Assembly: GCA_964408125.1 (NCBI GenBank)
Contig: CAYOYC010000002.1
Span: 1-47,975, forward strand
DNA length: 47,975 nt
DNA from: Candidatus Woesearchaeota archaeon
GTDB taxonomy: Archaea; Nanobdellota; Nanobdellia; Pacearchaeales; GW2011-AR1
Direction of reading: 5' to 3'
Shown one piece after another: positions 32,943 through 40,877 of this stretch (the stretch's first letter is position 1; each line of letters opens with the position of its first letter). Position numbers and translations under genes: made by a program. The notes beneath the pieces are model-generated. The model saw only the letters and a program-made list of their open reading frames with translations, was not told where the DNA came from and did not search any database.

Positions 32943-33698
32943 TTATTGTATAACCCTTAGGGGATTGCCGATAGAAATTTCTATTTTGTCGTTTTTAGAC
33001 ATTGAGTATGTTCGAATTGAGTCAATTGCGACTATTGCGTGGTTTATCTTAGAGACTATTGTTAATTTTTCATTAGGGTTTATTTTTCCTTTTTTTATTT
33101 TTGATTTGTGAATTTTTCTTTTATATAATTCTCTTATTCTAAATCTTAATTGTTTTTTTTCTCGACCAAATGAAAATCCACCCATAGAGTGATACCATGC
33201 AGTAGAACCTGTCCCGGTAGAGATTACTATCCCAGAACTTTTCTGAGGTTCTGTTTTATTTTTATAATTTATTTCGTAGTTGGTTGTGTGGTGAGGGTTT
33301 ATATTTCCGAAGAAAGTTTCATTTAGGGCGTTTTCTGTTTCTATTTTTTTATTCTTTTGATGTATTATTATTTTCTCTCGTGTGTAGTCTCTTATTTTTA
33401 CCTTGTTTTCGAGTATTTGTCTTATCTTTTTATTTAGTTGAGAATATTTAATCGTGGTGAGTGCGCCTTCGCTTCTATTTGTATCAGAATTTACTCCTAA
33501 AATGGGGGTATTTTCTATAAAATGAGCTGCTGATAAAAATGTTCCATCTCCACCGATCGAAATTACTAGATCAACTTCTTTAAGGTGATTTTTAGAAATT
33601 ATGTTTTTCCAGACTTTAGTTATTTTTATATTTGGGAAATCTTTTTTTATAGGACTTTCATTAAATAGTTTATCTCTATGAACAATTAAAATTCTCAT
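32943..33698 (-). CDS. nadK: NAD(+) kinase
   Basis: 'DLVISIGGDGTFLSAAH', 'GINSD' and 'ISTGTGSTAWYHSMGG'. Confidence 0.85.
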   Translation of the reverse strand: MRILIVHRDKLFNESPIKKDFPNIKITKVWKNIISKNHLKEVDLVISIGGDGTFLSAAHFIENTPILGVNSDTNRSEGALTTIKYSQLNKKIRQILENKVKIRDYTREKIIIHQKNKKIETENALNETFFGNINPHHTTNYEINYKNKTEPQKSSGIVISTGTGSTAWYHSMGGFSFGREKKQLRFRIRELYKRKIHKSKIKKGKINPNEKLTIVSKINHAIVAIDSIRTYSMSKNDKIEISIGNPLRVIQ

Positions 33699-33704
33699 GA
33701 TTAT

Positions 33705-34661
33705 TTAGCTCTTCTTTTTCTCTCTCTTCTTCTCTTCTTTTAGTGCGTCTTTTTCTGTTTCTTTAAGTTTTATTTTTTCTTCTAATCTTAGTCTATCCAG
33801 AAGCTCCTTGTATCTGTTTCTTATTGTTACTTCTGTAATACCAGCAACATCTGCTACTTCTCTTTGAGTCTTTTTTTCGTCGTTAAGTAGAGCTGAAACA
33901 TATAGAGCGGCAGCGGCAATTCCGGCAGGACCTCTTCCGGAAGTTAATTCAGATATTTCTGCTCTTTTTAGTATATCTAAAGCTCCGTTTTGTGATTTTG
34001 GAGAGAGATGTAGAGTTGAACCAAATCTTGAGATATAGTCTTTTGGAGAAGAAGGAGTTACTTTGATTCCTATTCTTCTTATTATAAATCTGTATGTTCT
34101 TCCAATTTCTTTTCTTTCTACTTCAGATGCAATTGAAATTTCATCTAGCGTTCTTGGGATGTTATAGGAACGACAAGAGGCGTATATACATGCAGCTATT
34201 ACAGATTCCATTGATCTTCCTCTTACTAATCCTCTTTGGAGAACGTAATTGTAAACTCTTGCAGCTTCTTCTTTTACTACGGATGGTAATTCTAGGAAAG
34301 AAGCGACTCTTCTTAGTTCGGCCATTGCTAATCTTAGGTTTCTTTCGATTGATGTAGAGACTCTTTCTTGCCATTTCTTTAATCTTAGATATTTCCTAGT
34401 TTGGTTTGCGGAATCTAGTTTGTATATATCTGAGATTTCACCTACGTTAGTAGTTAATCCTTTATCGAATTTTTGCATAGAAATTGGAGCGCCGCCTCTT
34501 GACTTCTTTTCTGATTTATCGAAAGCTCTTAGTTCGTGTGTTGTGTCAACCATCTTTTCTTCGACTAATAAACCACAATCACCGCAGATAACTTCGCTTC
34601 TTGCTTCGTCGTAAATTAGATGAGAACTGCCACATTCGGGACACTTTTTAGATTGAACCAT
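33705..34661 (-). CDS. tfb: Transcription initiation factor IIB (TFB)
   Basis: Zn ribbon CPECGS...CGDCGLL, two cyclin-like repeats and 'REVADVAGITEVTIRNRYKEL'. The tail is Lys/Glu-rich. Confidence 0.95.
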   Translation of the reverse strand: MVQSKKCPECGSSHLIYDEARSEVICGDCGLLVEEKMVDTTHELRAFDKSEKKSRGGAPISMQKFDKGLTTNVGEISDIYKLDSANQTRKYLRLKKWQERVSTSIERNLRLAMAELRRVASFLELPSVVKEEAARVYNYVLQRGLVRGRSMESVIAACIYASCRSYNIPRTLDEISIASEVERKEIGRTYRFIIRRIGIKVTPSSPKDYISRFGSTLHLSPKSQNGALDILKRAEISELTSGRGPAGIAAAALYVSALLNDEKKTQREVADVAGITEVTIRNRYKELLDRLRLEEKIKLKETEKDALKEEKKREKKKS

Positions 34662-34770
34662 TTTTAAGAGTTAGTGATAAGGTTTTTAAACGGTATGGGT
34701 TTTTAAACCTTTCGGTTTTTATCGAGGAGAAAAATTATTGATTTTGTATGATATAGAAATCTTTAAATAG

Positions 34771-34819
34771 TAATGTATACAAAATATACGATATATATAA
34801 AGCAGATAATGTATACAAA
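34771..34819 (+). promoter_or_regulatory. Two copies of TAATGTATACAAA, each containing the palindrome TGTATACA, 36 bp apart and flanking a TATA box
   Basis: Copies at 34771-34783 and 34807-34819, with TATATATAAAG between them. The second copy ends at the ATG of the RHH gene. Confidence 0.4.
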
Positions 34820-34968
34820 TGAGTAAAAAAGAAGTAAAAGGGAAATCAACCACCCTTAGATTGGACGAGAGTACCAAAGAGAGATTGGAAAATCTTGATT
34901 TTGTAAAAAAGCATAGTTTTGACGAGATTATTTTAGAATTAATTAAATTTTATGAGTTGAAAAAATGA
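34819..34968 (+). CDS. Ribbon-helix-helix (CopG/Arc-like) small protein (49 aa), absent from the ORF track
   Basis: MSKKEVKGKSTTLRLDESTKERLENLDFVKKHSFDEIILELIKFYELKK. 'TTLRLDESTKERLE' is a typical RHH strand-helix. The stop overlaps the next ATG (ATGA at 34965-34968). Confidence 0.55.
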   Translation: MSKKEVKGKSTTLRLDESTKERLENLDFVKKHSFDEIILELIKFYELKK

Positions 34969-35405
34969 CAAAAGAAGGAATAATTAAGATTATTGAATCA
35001 GGCGAGAAAGAAGTATTGTTATTGCAATTAATGAGAGTTATACAGAGAGATTGTTTTGAGGGGAATAAGATGTCGATGGAAGAGTATGAAGAAGCGATGA
35101 TACAATACGAATCTAGATTAAGTAAGGTAATACAGGAGAAAATTAAGACAGAAACTCAGATAGCTAATATAAATAAACTAAGTGGAAAGAAGAGTGCATT
35201 AAAACAAGAAAAAGACAGGTTAATTACTTTAGTTAAGCAAACACAGGATGATTATATGAATAAGGGGAAGTTGGATACTAGAGTTTATGAAAATATGTTG
35301 AGAACATATGCAACGAGATTGAGTAAGATACAGGAAGAGTTAGTGTATATGGAAGCGGAAGAGGAGTTGAAGAAAGTTACTGGCTTTTGGAGAAAATGGT
35401 TTTAA
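34965..35405 (+). CDS. Coiled-coil hypothetical protein
   Basis: Heptad-like charged sequence. Start/stop overlap with the RHH gene suggests translational coupling. Confidence 0.5.
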   Translation: MTKEGIIKIIESGEKEVLLLQLMRVIQRDCFEGNKMSMEEYEEAMIQYESRLSKVIQEKIKTETQIANINKLSGKKSALKQEKDRLITLVKQTQDDYMNKGKLDTRVYENMLRTYATRLSKIQEELVYMEAEEELKKVTGFWRKWF

Positions 35406-35414
35406 GAGTATGAT

Positions 35415-35771
35415 TTATTCAACCAAGATGCCTTGCACCGTTCCTTCTTGAGAGGGTCTATTTGTTATTTTTGCTTTTCCTAGTTCGGTATCGACGATAG
35501 CACCCTTAACTAAAATATTTTGTCTAGCTAAGAAACGATTAGATGGTGTTTCAAGTACGTTTTTGATTGTTACTTTTTTTCCTTTTCCGTTTTTAATTAT
35601 GTTAATTGTATTTTGAGAAAGAGATACTGTTTTTAACGTTCCGCCAAGTCCTCTTAATATCTTTGTTTTCTTTTCTCCAAGCTTAACTTTTCTTACGTGT
35701 CCTGGTAAAGAATGCTTTTGTTTCTTGCATTGCTTGTGATACTTTCCACCAGATATTTTTCTTCCTGCCAT
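35415..35771 (-). CDS. rps8e: 30S ribosomal protein S8e
   Basis: 'MAGRKISGGKYHKQCKKQKHSLPG'. A TATA lies about 26 nt upstream of ATG 35771. The listed 35852 start is an extension. Confidence 0.9.
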   Translation of the reverse strand: MAGRKISGGKYHKQCKKQKHSLPGHVRKVKLGEKKTKILRGLGGTLKTVSLSQNTINIIKNGKGKKVTIKNVLETPSNRFLARQNILVKGAIVDTELGKAKITNRPSQEGTVQGILVE

Positions 35772-35866
35772 GATATACTGTCTGAAAAATCTATTTATAA
35801 AGGTTTTGGGTAGAGGAATTTCTTCATCATAAATATGTTTAAAAAGCATCAAATCGAGTTGTTTTT

Positions 35867-36106
35867 ATGGTAAATGGAATCGAGAGACCTCTGGACTTGT
35901 TAAATCAAGCTAAAGGTAAGGAGATAATAGTGCAGCTTAAGAGCGGCAAACAACTTGTCGGAACACTCTTAGCATTTGACATCCACATTAATGTGGTTCT
36001 TGACAATGCGAAAGAGATGGAAAACGGCCAGATAGTAAAGAGCTATGGTTTAGCTTTCTTAAGAGGCGACACAATTGTGTTTATATCTCCATCAAATTTG
36101 AAGTAA
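35867..36106 (+). CDS. Sm-like (LSm) archaeal protein
   Basis: Sm1 'VQLKSGKQLVGTLLAFDIHINVVLDNA' and Sm2 'LAFLRGDTIVFISP'. Confidence 0.9.
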   Translation: MVNGIERPLDLLNQAKGKEIIVQLKSGKQLVGTLLAFDIHINVVLDNAKEMENGQIVKSYGLAFLRGDTIVFISPSNLK

Positions 36107-36263
36107 GCATTTAGCTGATTTAGTTTTTGCTACAGCACGGAATTTTTCTTGTGCGATTACTTAAGTTAGTCGGGACTTTGTTTTTTGGTATCTTGTATGT
36201 TCTTATGGTTTGTGTATAGTTAAGTGAACAAATGCTTTTAAAGATAGAAATGATTATTTCTTT

Positions 36264-36587
36264 ATGGTTGGAAGAATCGTAGACGAAAGGCCTGAGAAAA
36301 AAACTTACACTAGCTTAGATGACTGGGAAAATCAACATCCGGATTGTTTGCCTCTTGTAAAGGCCTTAGTTGTAGCTGATATCGAATTGAACGGGAGTCA
36401 TGTTGATTATTCATCCCCTGTAGCGGGAGAATATACTTGGGGCGATTATACTGAAATTAAATTTTGGGATTCTCCTGTGGTGTTCGCAGGAGAACATGCA
36501 CAGTCCCATCCTGTGCGAAGTGTGAGGGAGTATTTTTTATCTGATTTGGCGAAAAAATGGCCTCGAGATTCAGACAAGGTTATTTGA
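36264..36587 (+). CDS. Hypothetical protein (first part of a possibly frameshifted gene)
   Basis: Overlaps the next ORF by 31 nt. An A6 run at 36552-36557 sits at the junction. Confidence 0.4.
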   Translation: MVGRIVDERPEKKTYTSLDDWENQHPDCLPLVKALVVADIELNGSHVDYSSPVAGEYTWGDYTEIKFWDSPVVFAGEHAQSHPVRSVREYFLSDLAKKWPRDSDKVI

Positions 36588-36799
36588 TCGAAGTTGTTGG
36601 TTTAAGAGATGACTCAGGAAGAGACATAAGTAGTGCGATGCCAGATGAAAAATATCCTAAAGGTGTTTATTCTGGAGAGATGGAAAGAAGGGTAGGGTTT
36701 AAGAGATTGCGACAAGATAAGTCTGATTTTTTAAGAAGGGTAGATGCTGCGCACAGAGGTACAAGAGAAAGTAATTTAATTTTTATAGGTGCTTGTTAA
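36557..36799 (+). CDS. Hypothetical protein (second part of a possibly frameshifted gene)
   Basis: A one-A insertion in the A6 run would fuse ...SDLAKK to MASRFRQGYLIEVVG... Confidence 0.35.
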   Translation: MASRFRQGYLIEVVGLRDDSGRDISSAMPDEKYPKGVYSGEMERRVGFKRLRQDKSDFLRRVDAAHRGTRESNLIFIGAC

Positions 36800-37704
36800 A
36801 TAGAAACTTTATCTAAGTCTTCTGCGACTTTTACGTCTTTGAAAACTTTTTTAGCTTCTTCTAATATATATTTTGGATTTTCATATCTTTGTGAGAGATG
36901 CATTAAAATTAATTTCTTAGATTTAGATTTTTTTGCGAGTTGTGCAGCTTGAGCGCCTGTCATGTGTTTATATTCTTCTGCCTGTTCTTTTTCCTCTTGA
37001 CAATATGTAGATTCGCAAATTAAAAGATCTGAATTTTTCGCTAAATCAATAGATTGTGGATTTTCTTGAGTGTCCATAACGTAGGTTACTTTCTTTTGGT
37101 TTTCTGTGTAGATTAATTTTTTACCGTCTATTCTTTTATCATTAAAAGTTATTGTTTTTCCTCTAGCTAGTTCTCCAATTAGAGGAGAATTTTCTGGAAG
37201 TTTTAATTTTTTTAATTTTTTCTTATCTATTCTAGACTTTTCTTTTATTGTAAAAGAGTATGCTAGGCATGGAGCATCGTGATTCATTTGCATACAATCA
37301 ACTTTGAATTCTTTTTCGTCTAAAATTGTTCCATCGTTGCATTCTTTAATTTCCATCTGGTAAGAAGATCCCTTCTTTATGAACAATCTTTCATATAATT
37401 CCATAAATTGTTTTGTTCCTCGTGGTCCGTAAATGCATAATTTGCCTGAATAATTATTTAGTGCGAGGGTTTGAAGAATTCCTGGAATTCCAAATACGTG
37501 GTCGCCGTGCCAGTGTGATAAAAATATTCTGGTTAGTTTGCATGGGTTAAGATTTGCATATCTAAATTGTCTTTGAGTTCCCTCTCCGCAATCAAATAGT
37601 AAATTTTCATCTTTATATTGCATTAAAACTGCTGGGTGGTTTCTTCTTTTTGTAGGCACGGCTGATCCAGTTCCTAAAAATGTGAGGTTTATTTTTTCTG
37701 CCAT
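36796..37704 (-). CDS. rnz: Ribonuclease Z (tRNA 3' endonuclease)
   Basis: 'LTFLGTGSAVPT', 'FDCGEGTQRQ', the metallo-beta-lactamase motif 'SHWHGDH', and a C-terminal 'LMHLSQRY'. Confidence 0.9.
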   Translation of the reverse strand: MAEKINLTFLGTGSAVPTKRRNHPAVLMQYKDENLLFDCGEGTQRQFRYANLNPCKLTRIFLSHWHGDHVFGIPGILQTLALNNYSGKLCIYGPRGTKQFMELYERLFIKKGSSYQMEIKECNDGTILDEKEFKVDCMQMNHDAPCLAYSFTIKEKSRIDKKKLKKLKLPENSPLIGELARGKTITFNDKRIDGKKLIYTENQKKVTYVMDTQENPQSIDLAKNSDLLICESTYCQEEKEQAEEYKHMTGAQAAQLAKKSKSKKLILMHLSQRYENPKYILEEAKKVFKDVKVAEDLDKVSI

Positions 37705-37766
37705 GTAATATATACTGGAGTATATAGTTTATAAATTATTGGAGTAGGAAGTTATTAATCCAATTC

Positions 37767-37804
37767 TAGATGCTTCAATCTTGGATCCTCTGCAACTAAA
37801 ATTT
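37767..37804 (+). repeat. Left copy of an imperfect direct repeat flanking the toxin-antitoxin cassette
   Basis: The core TTGGATCCTCTGCAACTAAAATTT (37781-37804) matches TTGGATTCTCTGCAGGCTTAAATTTT (38389-38414). The first 14 nt match at 13 of 14 positions. Confidence 0.5.
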
Positions 37805-37824
37805 AAGAACGAAAGATTTATAAA

Positions 37825-37839
37825 GTAAGAATTTCTTAC
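37825..37839 (+). promoter_or_regulatory. Palindrome GTAAGAA-T-TTCTTAC between the TATA and the ATG of the antitoxin gene (operator candidate)
   Basis: Read directly. The TATA 'gatttataaag' lies just upstream. Confidence 0.3.
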
Positions 37840-37845
37840 CTGTTT

Positions 37846-38112
37846 ATGAAATTTGAAGTTACAAGTATGAGTAGCAAGGGGCAAATAGTAATTCCTATAG
37901 ATATTCGTGTAGAACTTAATTTAGTTGAAGGCGAAGTTTTGGGCATATCTTCTCAAGATGGATTAATTGTTTTAAAGAAAATTGAAAATGAAATGTCAAG
38001 AGACGAAATAGGCACTTTAAAAGAGATAAAAGAAGCATGGCAAGAGATTGGAAACGGCAAATCTAAAAAACTAAGTAGTGAAGGATTCTTGAAAGAAATC
38101 TCTGCATGGTAG
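37846..38112 (+). CDS. AbrB/SpoVT/MazE-family antitoxin
   Basis: 'SSKGQIVIPIDIRVELNLVEGEVLGI' is a swapped-hairpin AbrB-type motif. It overlaps the toxin gene by 7 nt. Confidence 0.8.
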   Translation: MKFEVTSMSSKGQIVIPIDIRVELNLVEGEVLGISSQDGLIVLKKIENEMSRDEIGTLKEIKEAWQEIGNGKSKKLSSEGFLKEISAW

Positions 38113-38351
38113 AGATAGTTTATACTGAAAAATTTGAAAAAGAGTTTAAGAAAACAGATAAATCTGTTAAAGATATTGCTGTAAAACAAATTCAGAAGAT
38201 TATCCAAAATCCAGAAATAGGAAAACCCTTGAAATATAATTTAAAGAGTGAAAGAACAGTCTATGTTAGACCATATAGAATCATTTATTCATTTTTTGAG
38301 AATACTCTTTATTTTTTAAGGTTTGAGCATAGAAAAGAAGTATATGAATAA
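38106..38351 (+). CDS. RelE/ParE-family toxin
   Basis: 'NPEIGKPLKYNLKSERTVYVRPYRIIYSF...LYFLRFEHRKEVY' is the typical RelE/ParE pattern. Confidence 0.8.
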   Translation: MVEIVYTEKFEKEFKKTDKSVKDIAVKQIQKIIQNPEIGKPLKYNLKSERTVYVRPYRIIYSFFENTLYFLRFEHRKEVYE

Positions 38352-38373
38352 TCTTCGTAAAAGTGTTCCCATC

Positions 38374-38414
38374 TCAGACGCTGTTCAGTTGGATTCTCTG
38401 CAGGCTTAAATTTT
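38374..38414 (+). repeat. Right copy of the imperfect direct repeat flanking the toxin-antitoxin cassette
   Basis: See the left copy. It also contains CTCTGCAGGCTT (38396-38407), identical to the 3' acceptor end plus trailer of tRNA-Thr read in its sense. Confidence 0.5.
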
Positions 38415-38597
38415 TGGCTTAGCTTGAGGGCTTTTACTAAGAAATAATTTCAATTCTTATTTCTACTAAGCTTCCATGAGGTAATTGTTCTTGCAAAAGT
38501 GTTGGGATTATGATAACGGTTTGTTTGCCATGTTTGGCAATTTTCTTTGTTATTGTGAATTGTTTGTTCATTTTATTCGAAGGTTTTTAATATAGAA

Positions 38598-39075
38598 GTG
38601 AAAGCACACGAGAAGAAGTCTAATTCTGTTTATGGATTTTATATCTGTAACAAGAAGGTTATAGAAGAGTTTGGGAAGTTTGGATTTACTAATAATAAAA
38701 CATATACGGTAAGAATACCAGAGGAGATCGTAAAGAGTGATAATGAAAAAATATGGAGTGCTTTTATTAGGGGATTTGCAGATTGCGATGGTTGTTTTTC
38801 AAATGAGTGTTATGCTAAATAGATTGGATATAAAACATACAATAAATATATCAGCGAATAATGGTGTTAATGAGGCGCCTAGATATAGAATTATGGTTCG
38901 AGGGCCAGAAAGAGTAGAGGAATTTATTAATAAGGTTGGGTTTCATAATCCTGTTCAAATTACTAGGTATTTAGTTTGGAAGAAATTTGGATTTTGTCCG
39001 CCAAAGATAGGTATTGAAAAAAGAAAATTAATTCTTAATGGAAAGTTAGATCCAAAATATTTCTATAGAAGTTAA
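38598..39075 (+). pseudogene. LAGLIDADG homing-endonuclease remnant, N-terminally truncated and frameshifted
   Basis: 'IWSAFIRGFADCDGCF' is a LAGLIDADG-type motif. The frame breaks at a T5 run (38795-38799) and continues in the overlapping ORF (RLDIKHTINIS...RIMVRGPERVEEFINKVGFHNP). Stops close the frame upstream of 38559. Confidence 0.65.
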
Positions 39076-39076
39076 A

Positions 39077-39151
39077 CGCCCGAGCGAGGATTTGAACCCC
39101 GGACCTACGCATTAGAAGTGCATCGCTCTATCCAGGCTGAGCTACCCGGGC
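39077..39151 (-). tRNA. tRNA-Arg (anticodon UCU)
   Basis: The reverse complement folds as GCCCGGG-TA-GCTC-AGCCTGGATA-GAGC-G-ATGCA-CTTCTAA-TGCGT-AGGTC-CGGGG-TTCAAAT-CCTCG-CTCGGGC-G. Confidence 0.9.
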
Positions 39152-39260
39152 ATAAAAATACTATCAAAAAATCGTATTTAAAATTATGCTTTTGGGATAA
39201 ATCGGGTTCTCTATATTCAATAGGGGGTAAATATTTAAAGGAAACATAATTTAGAATAGT

Positions 39261-40181
39261 ATGAAGTTGGGAAACTTGATTGAGTCACAGCAATTAACTC
39301 CCGATATTTTATTTTCTTTGTTTAAAAGTGCTGACGAAATACGAGCAAATCCGAAGCTTTTTTCTGATGTTTTAAAAGGAAAGGTTGTTGCGACTTTGTT
39401 TTATGAGCCAAGCACAAGAACAAGGTTAAGTTTTGAATCTGCAACTGAAAAACTTGGAGGAAGCATTATTAGTACTGAAAATGCAAAAGAGTTTTCTTCT
39501 TCTATAAAAGGAGAGAGTATGGAGGATACTGCGCGAATTGTTGCGGCGTATGCAGACTGTATAGTTATGAGGCATTATGAAGAGGGTTCTGCGAAGAAAG
39601 CGGGCGGTGTTATCAATATTCCCATGATAAATGCGGGAGATGGGAAGGGTCAACATCCTACGCAGGCTTTATTGGATTTGTATACGGTGTATAGAGAAAT
39701 AGGGAGAGTTGATAATTTTAAGATTGCTTTTGTTGGAGATCTTGCTTCGGGGAGGACGGTGCGTTCTTTATGTTATTTAATTGGAAAGTTTTCTAATATT
39801 GAAGTTGTTTTTGTCTCGCCTGAAAATTTGAAAATGAAAGATGATATAAAAGAGTATTTGGAGAGACATAATGTTAATTTTCGTGAAGAACAGGAATTAA
39901 GCAAGCTTTTGCCAGAGATGGATGTGATTTATATGACCAGAATTCAAAAAGAAAGGATTTCGGTCGAGGATTATGAAAAAGCGAAAGGCAGATTTGTGAT
40001 TAATAAAGATAATCTTAATTTGGTAAAGAAAGAGGCAATTATTATGCATCCACTGCCGCACGTTGAGGAAATTGATTTGTCCTTAGATATAGAACAAAAT
40101 GATAAAAGAGTTGCATATTTTAGGCAGGCAGAGAATGGATTATTTATTAGGATGGCTTTATTAAAAATGTTATTAGAATAG
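39261..40181 (+). CDS. pyrB: Aspartate carbamoyltransferase catalytic subunit
   Basis: 'EPSTRTRLSFE', 'GQHPTQALLD' and 'IMHPLP'. No pyrI gene follows. Confidence 0.95.
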   Translation: MKLGNLIESQQLTPDILFSLFKSADEIRANPKLFSDVLKGKVVATLFYEPSTRTRLSFESATEKLGGSIISTENAKEFSSSIKGESMEDTARIVAAYADCIVMRHYEEGSAKKAGGVINIPMINAGDGKGQHPTQALLDLYTVYREIGRVDNFKIAFVGDLASGRTVRSLCYLIGKFSNIEVVFVSPENLKMKDDIKEYLERHNVNFREEQELSKLLPEMDVIYMTRIQKERISVEDYEKAKGRFVINKDNLNLVKKEAIIMHPLPHVEEIDLSLDIEQNDKRVAYFRQAENGLFIRMALLKMLLE

Positions 40182-40210
40182 TTTAAAAAGAAAAGTTATT
40201 TTACTTTTTT

Positions 40211-40708
40211 ATGAGTTTCGTAGGTGATTTGTTTAAGTTTGTACTTGTTTTAGTTTTATTGGCAGCTGCAGCTTATGGTGGATATTTTTATGGGCAGATG
40301 GCCTTGCAGGAATCGTTATTTGAAGTTAATGTTCCAATTAATCAGACTTTTGATTTTGAATTAAACCAGGTCGTAGATATTCCTATTAAAACAGTGTTTG
40401 ATTTTCCGTTTAGTGATTCTTTCCTAATTAGCGAAAATGTACCAATTAATACTTTTATAGACTTAGATGAGATGATACGAATTCCATTGAATTTACCAAC
40501 TGGCAATATAACTATAGATGTTCCTATCAAAAAAAGAATTCCTATAAATACGTCGATAAATGTATATAAATTAATAAATATTAGTAAAAATATTAGTTTG
40601 AATGTTGACAAGCAAATATCTTTTAATGTAAGGAAAAATATTTCCGTTCCTGTTAATATGGAAGTTTTAACAAAAGTCCCAGTCCCGGATTGGATGAGAA
40701 AAGAATAA
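40211..40708 (+). CDS. Membrane-anchored protein with reiterated (V/I)P(I/L)(N/K) motifs
   Basis: An N-terminal TM segment, then VPINQT.., IPIKTV.., VPINTF.., IPLNLP.., VPIKKR, IPINTS, VPVNME. Confidence 0.5.
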   Translation: MSFVGDLFKFVLVLVLLAAAAYGGYFYGQMALQESLFEVNVPINQTFDFELNQVVDIPIKTVFDFPFSDSFLISENVPINTFIDLDEMIRIPLNLPTGNITIDVPIKKRIPINTSINVYKLINISKNISLNVDKQISFNVRKNISVPVNMEVLTKVPVPDWMRKE

Positions 40709-40779
40709 GCAGGTAGCAGGAATTGCACCTGCGCATAAACGGGTTGCAGCCGTTTGCCTTACTGCTTGGCTATACCTGC
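40708..40779 (-). tRNA. tRNA-Cys (anticodon GCA), discriminator U73
   Basis: The reverse complement folds as GCAGGTA-TA-GCCA-AGCAGTA-AGGC-A-AACGG-CTGCAAC-CCGTT-TATGC-GCAGG-TGCAATT-CCTGC-TACCTGC-T. The T loop is non-canonical. Confidence 0.8.
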
Positions 40780-40877
40780 ATGAAAATCTCAAGAATAATG
40801 CGTTTTTAAAGATTTGTTGGGGTTAATTTATAGTTTTGTATAAAAAAATTTATAAAGATTAAAGATGTCTGTTTTTA

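Noticed and set aside
34094-34614. ORFs 34094-34357, 34162-34374 and 34420-34614, overlapping the TFB gene.
   Set aside because: They are embedded in an unmistakable TFB coding sequence.
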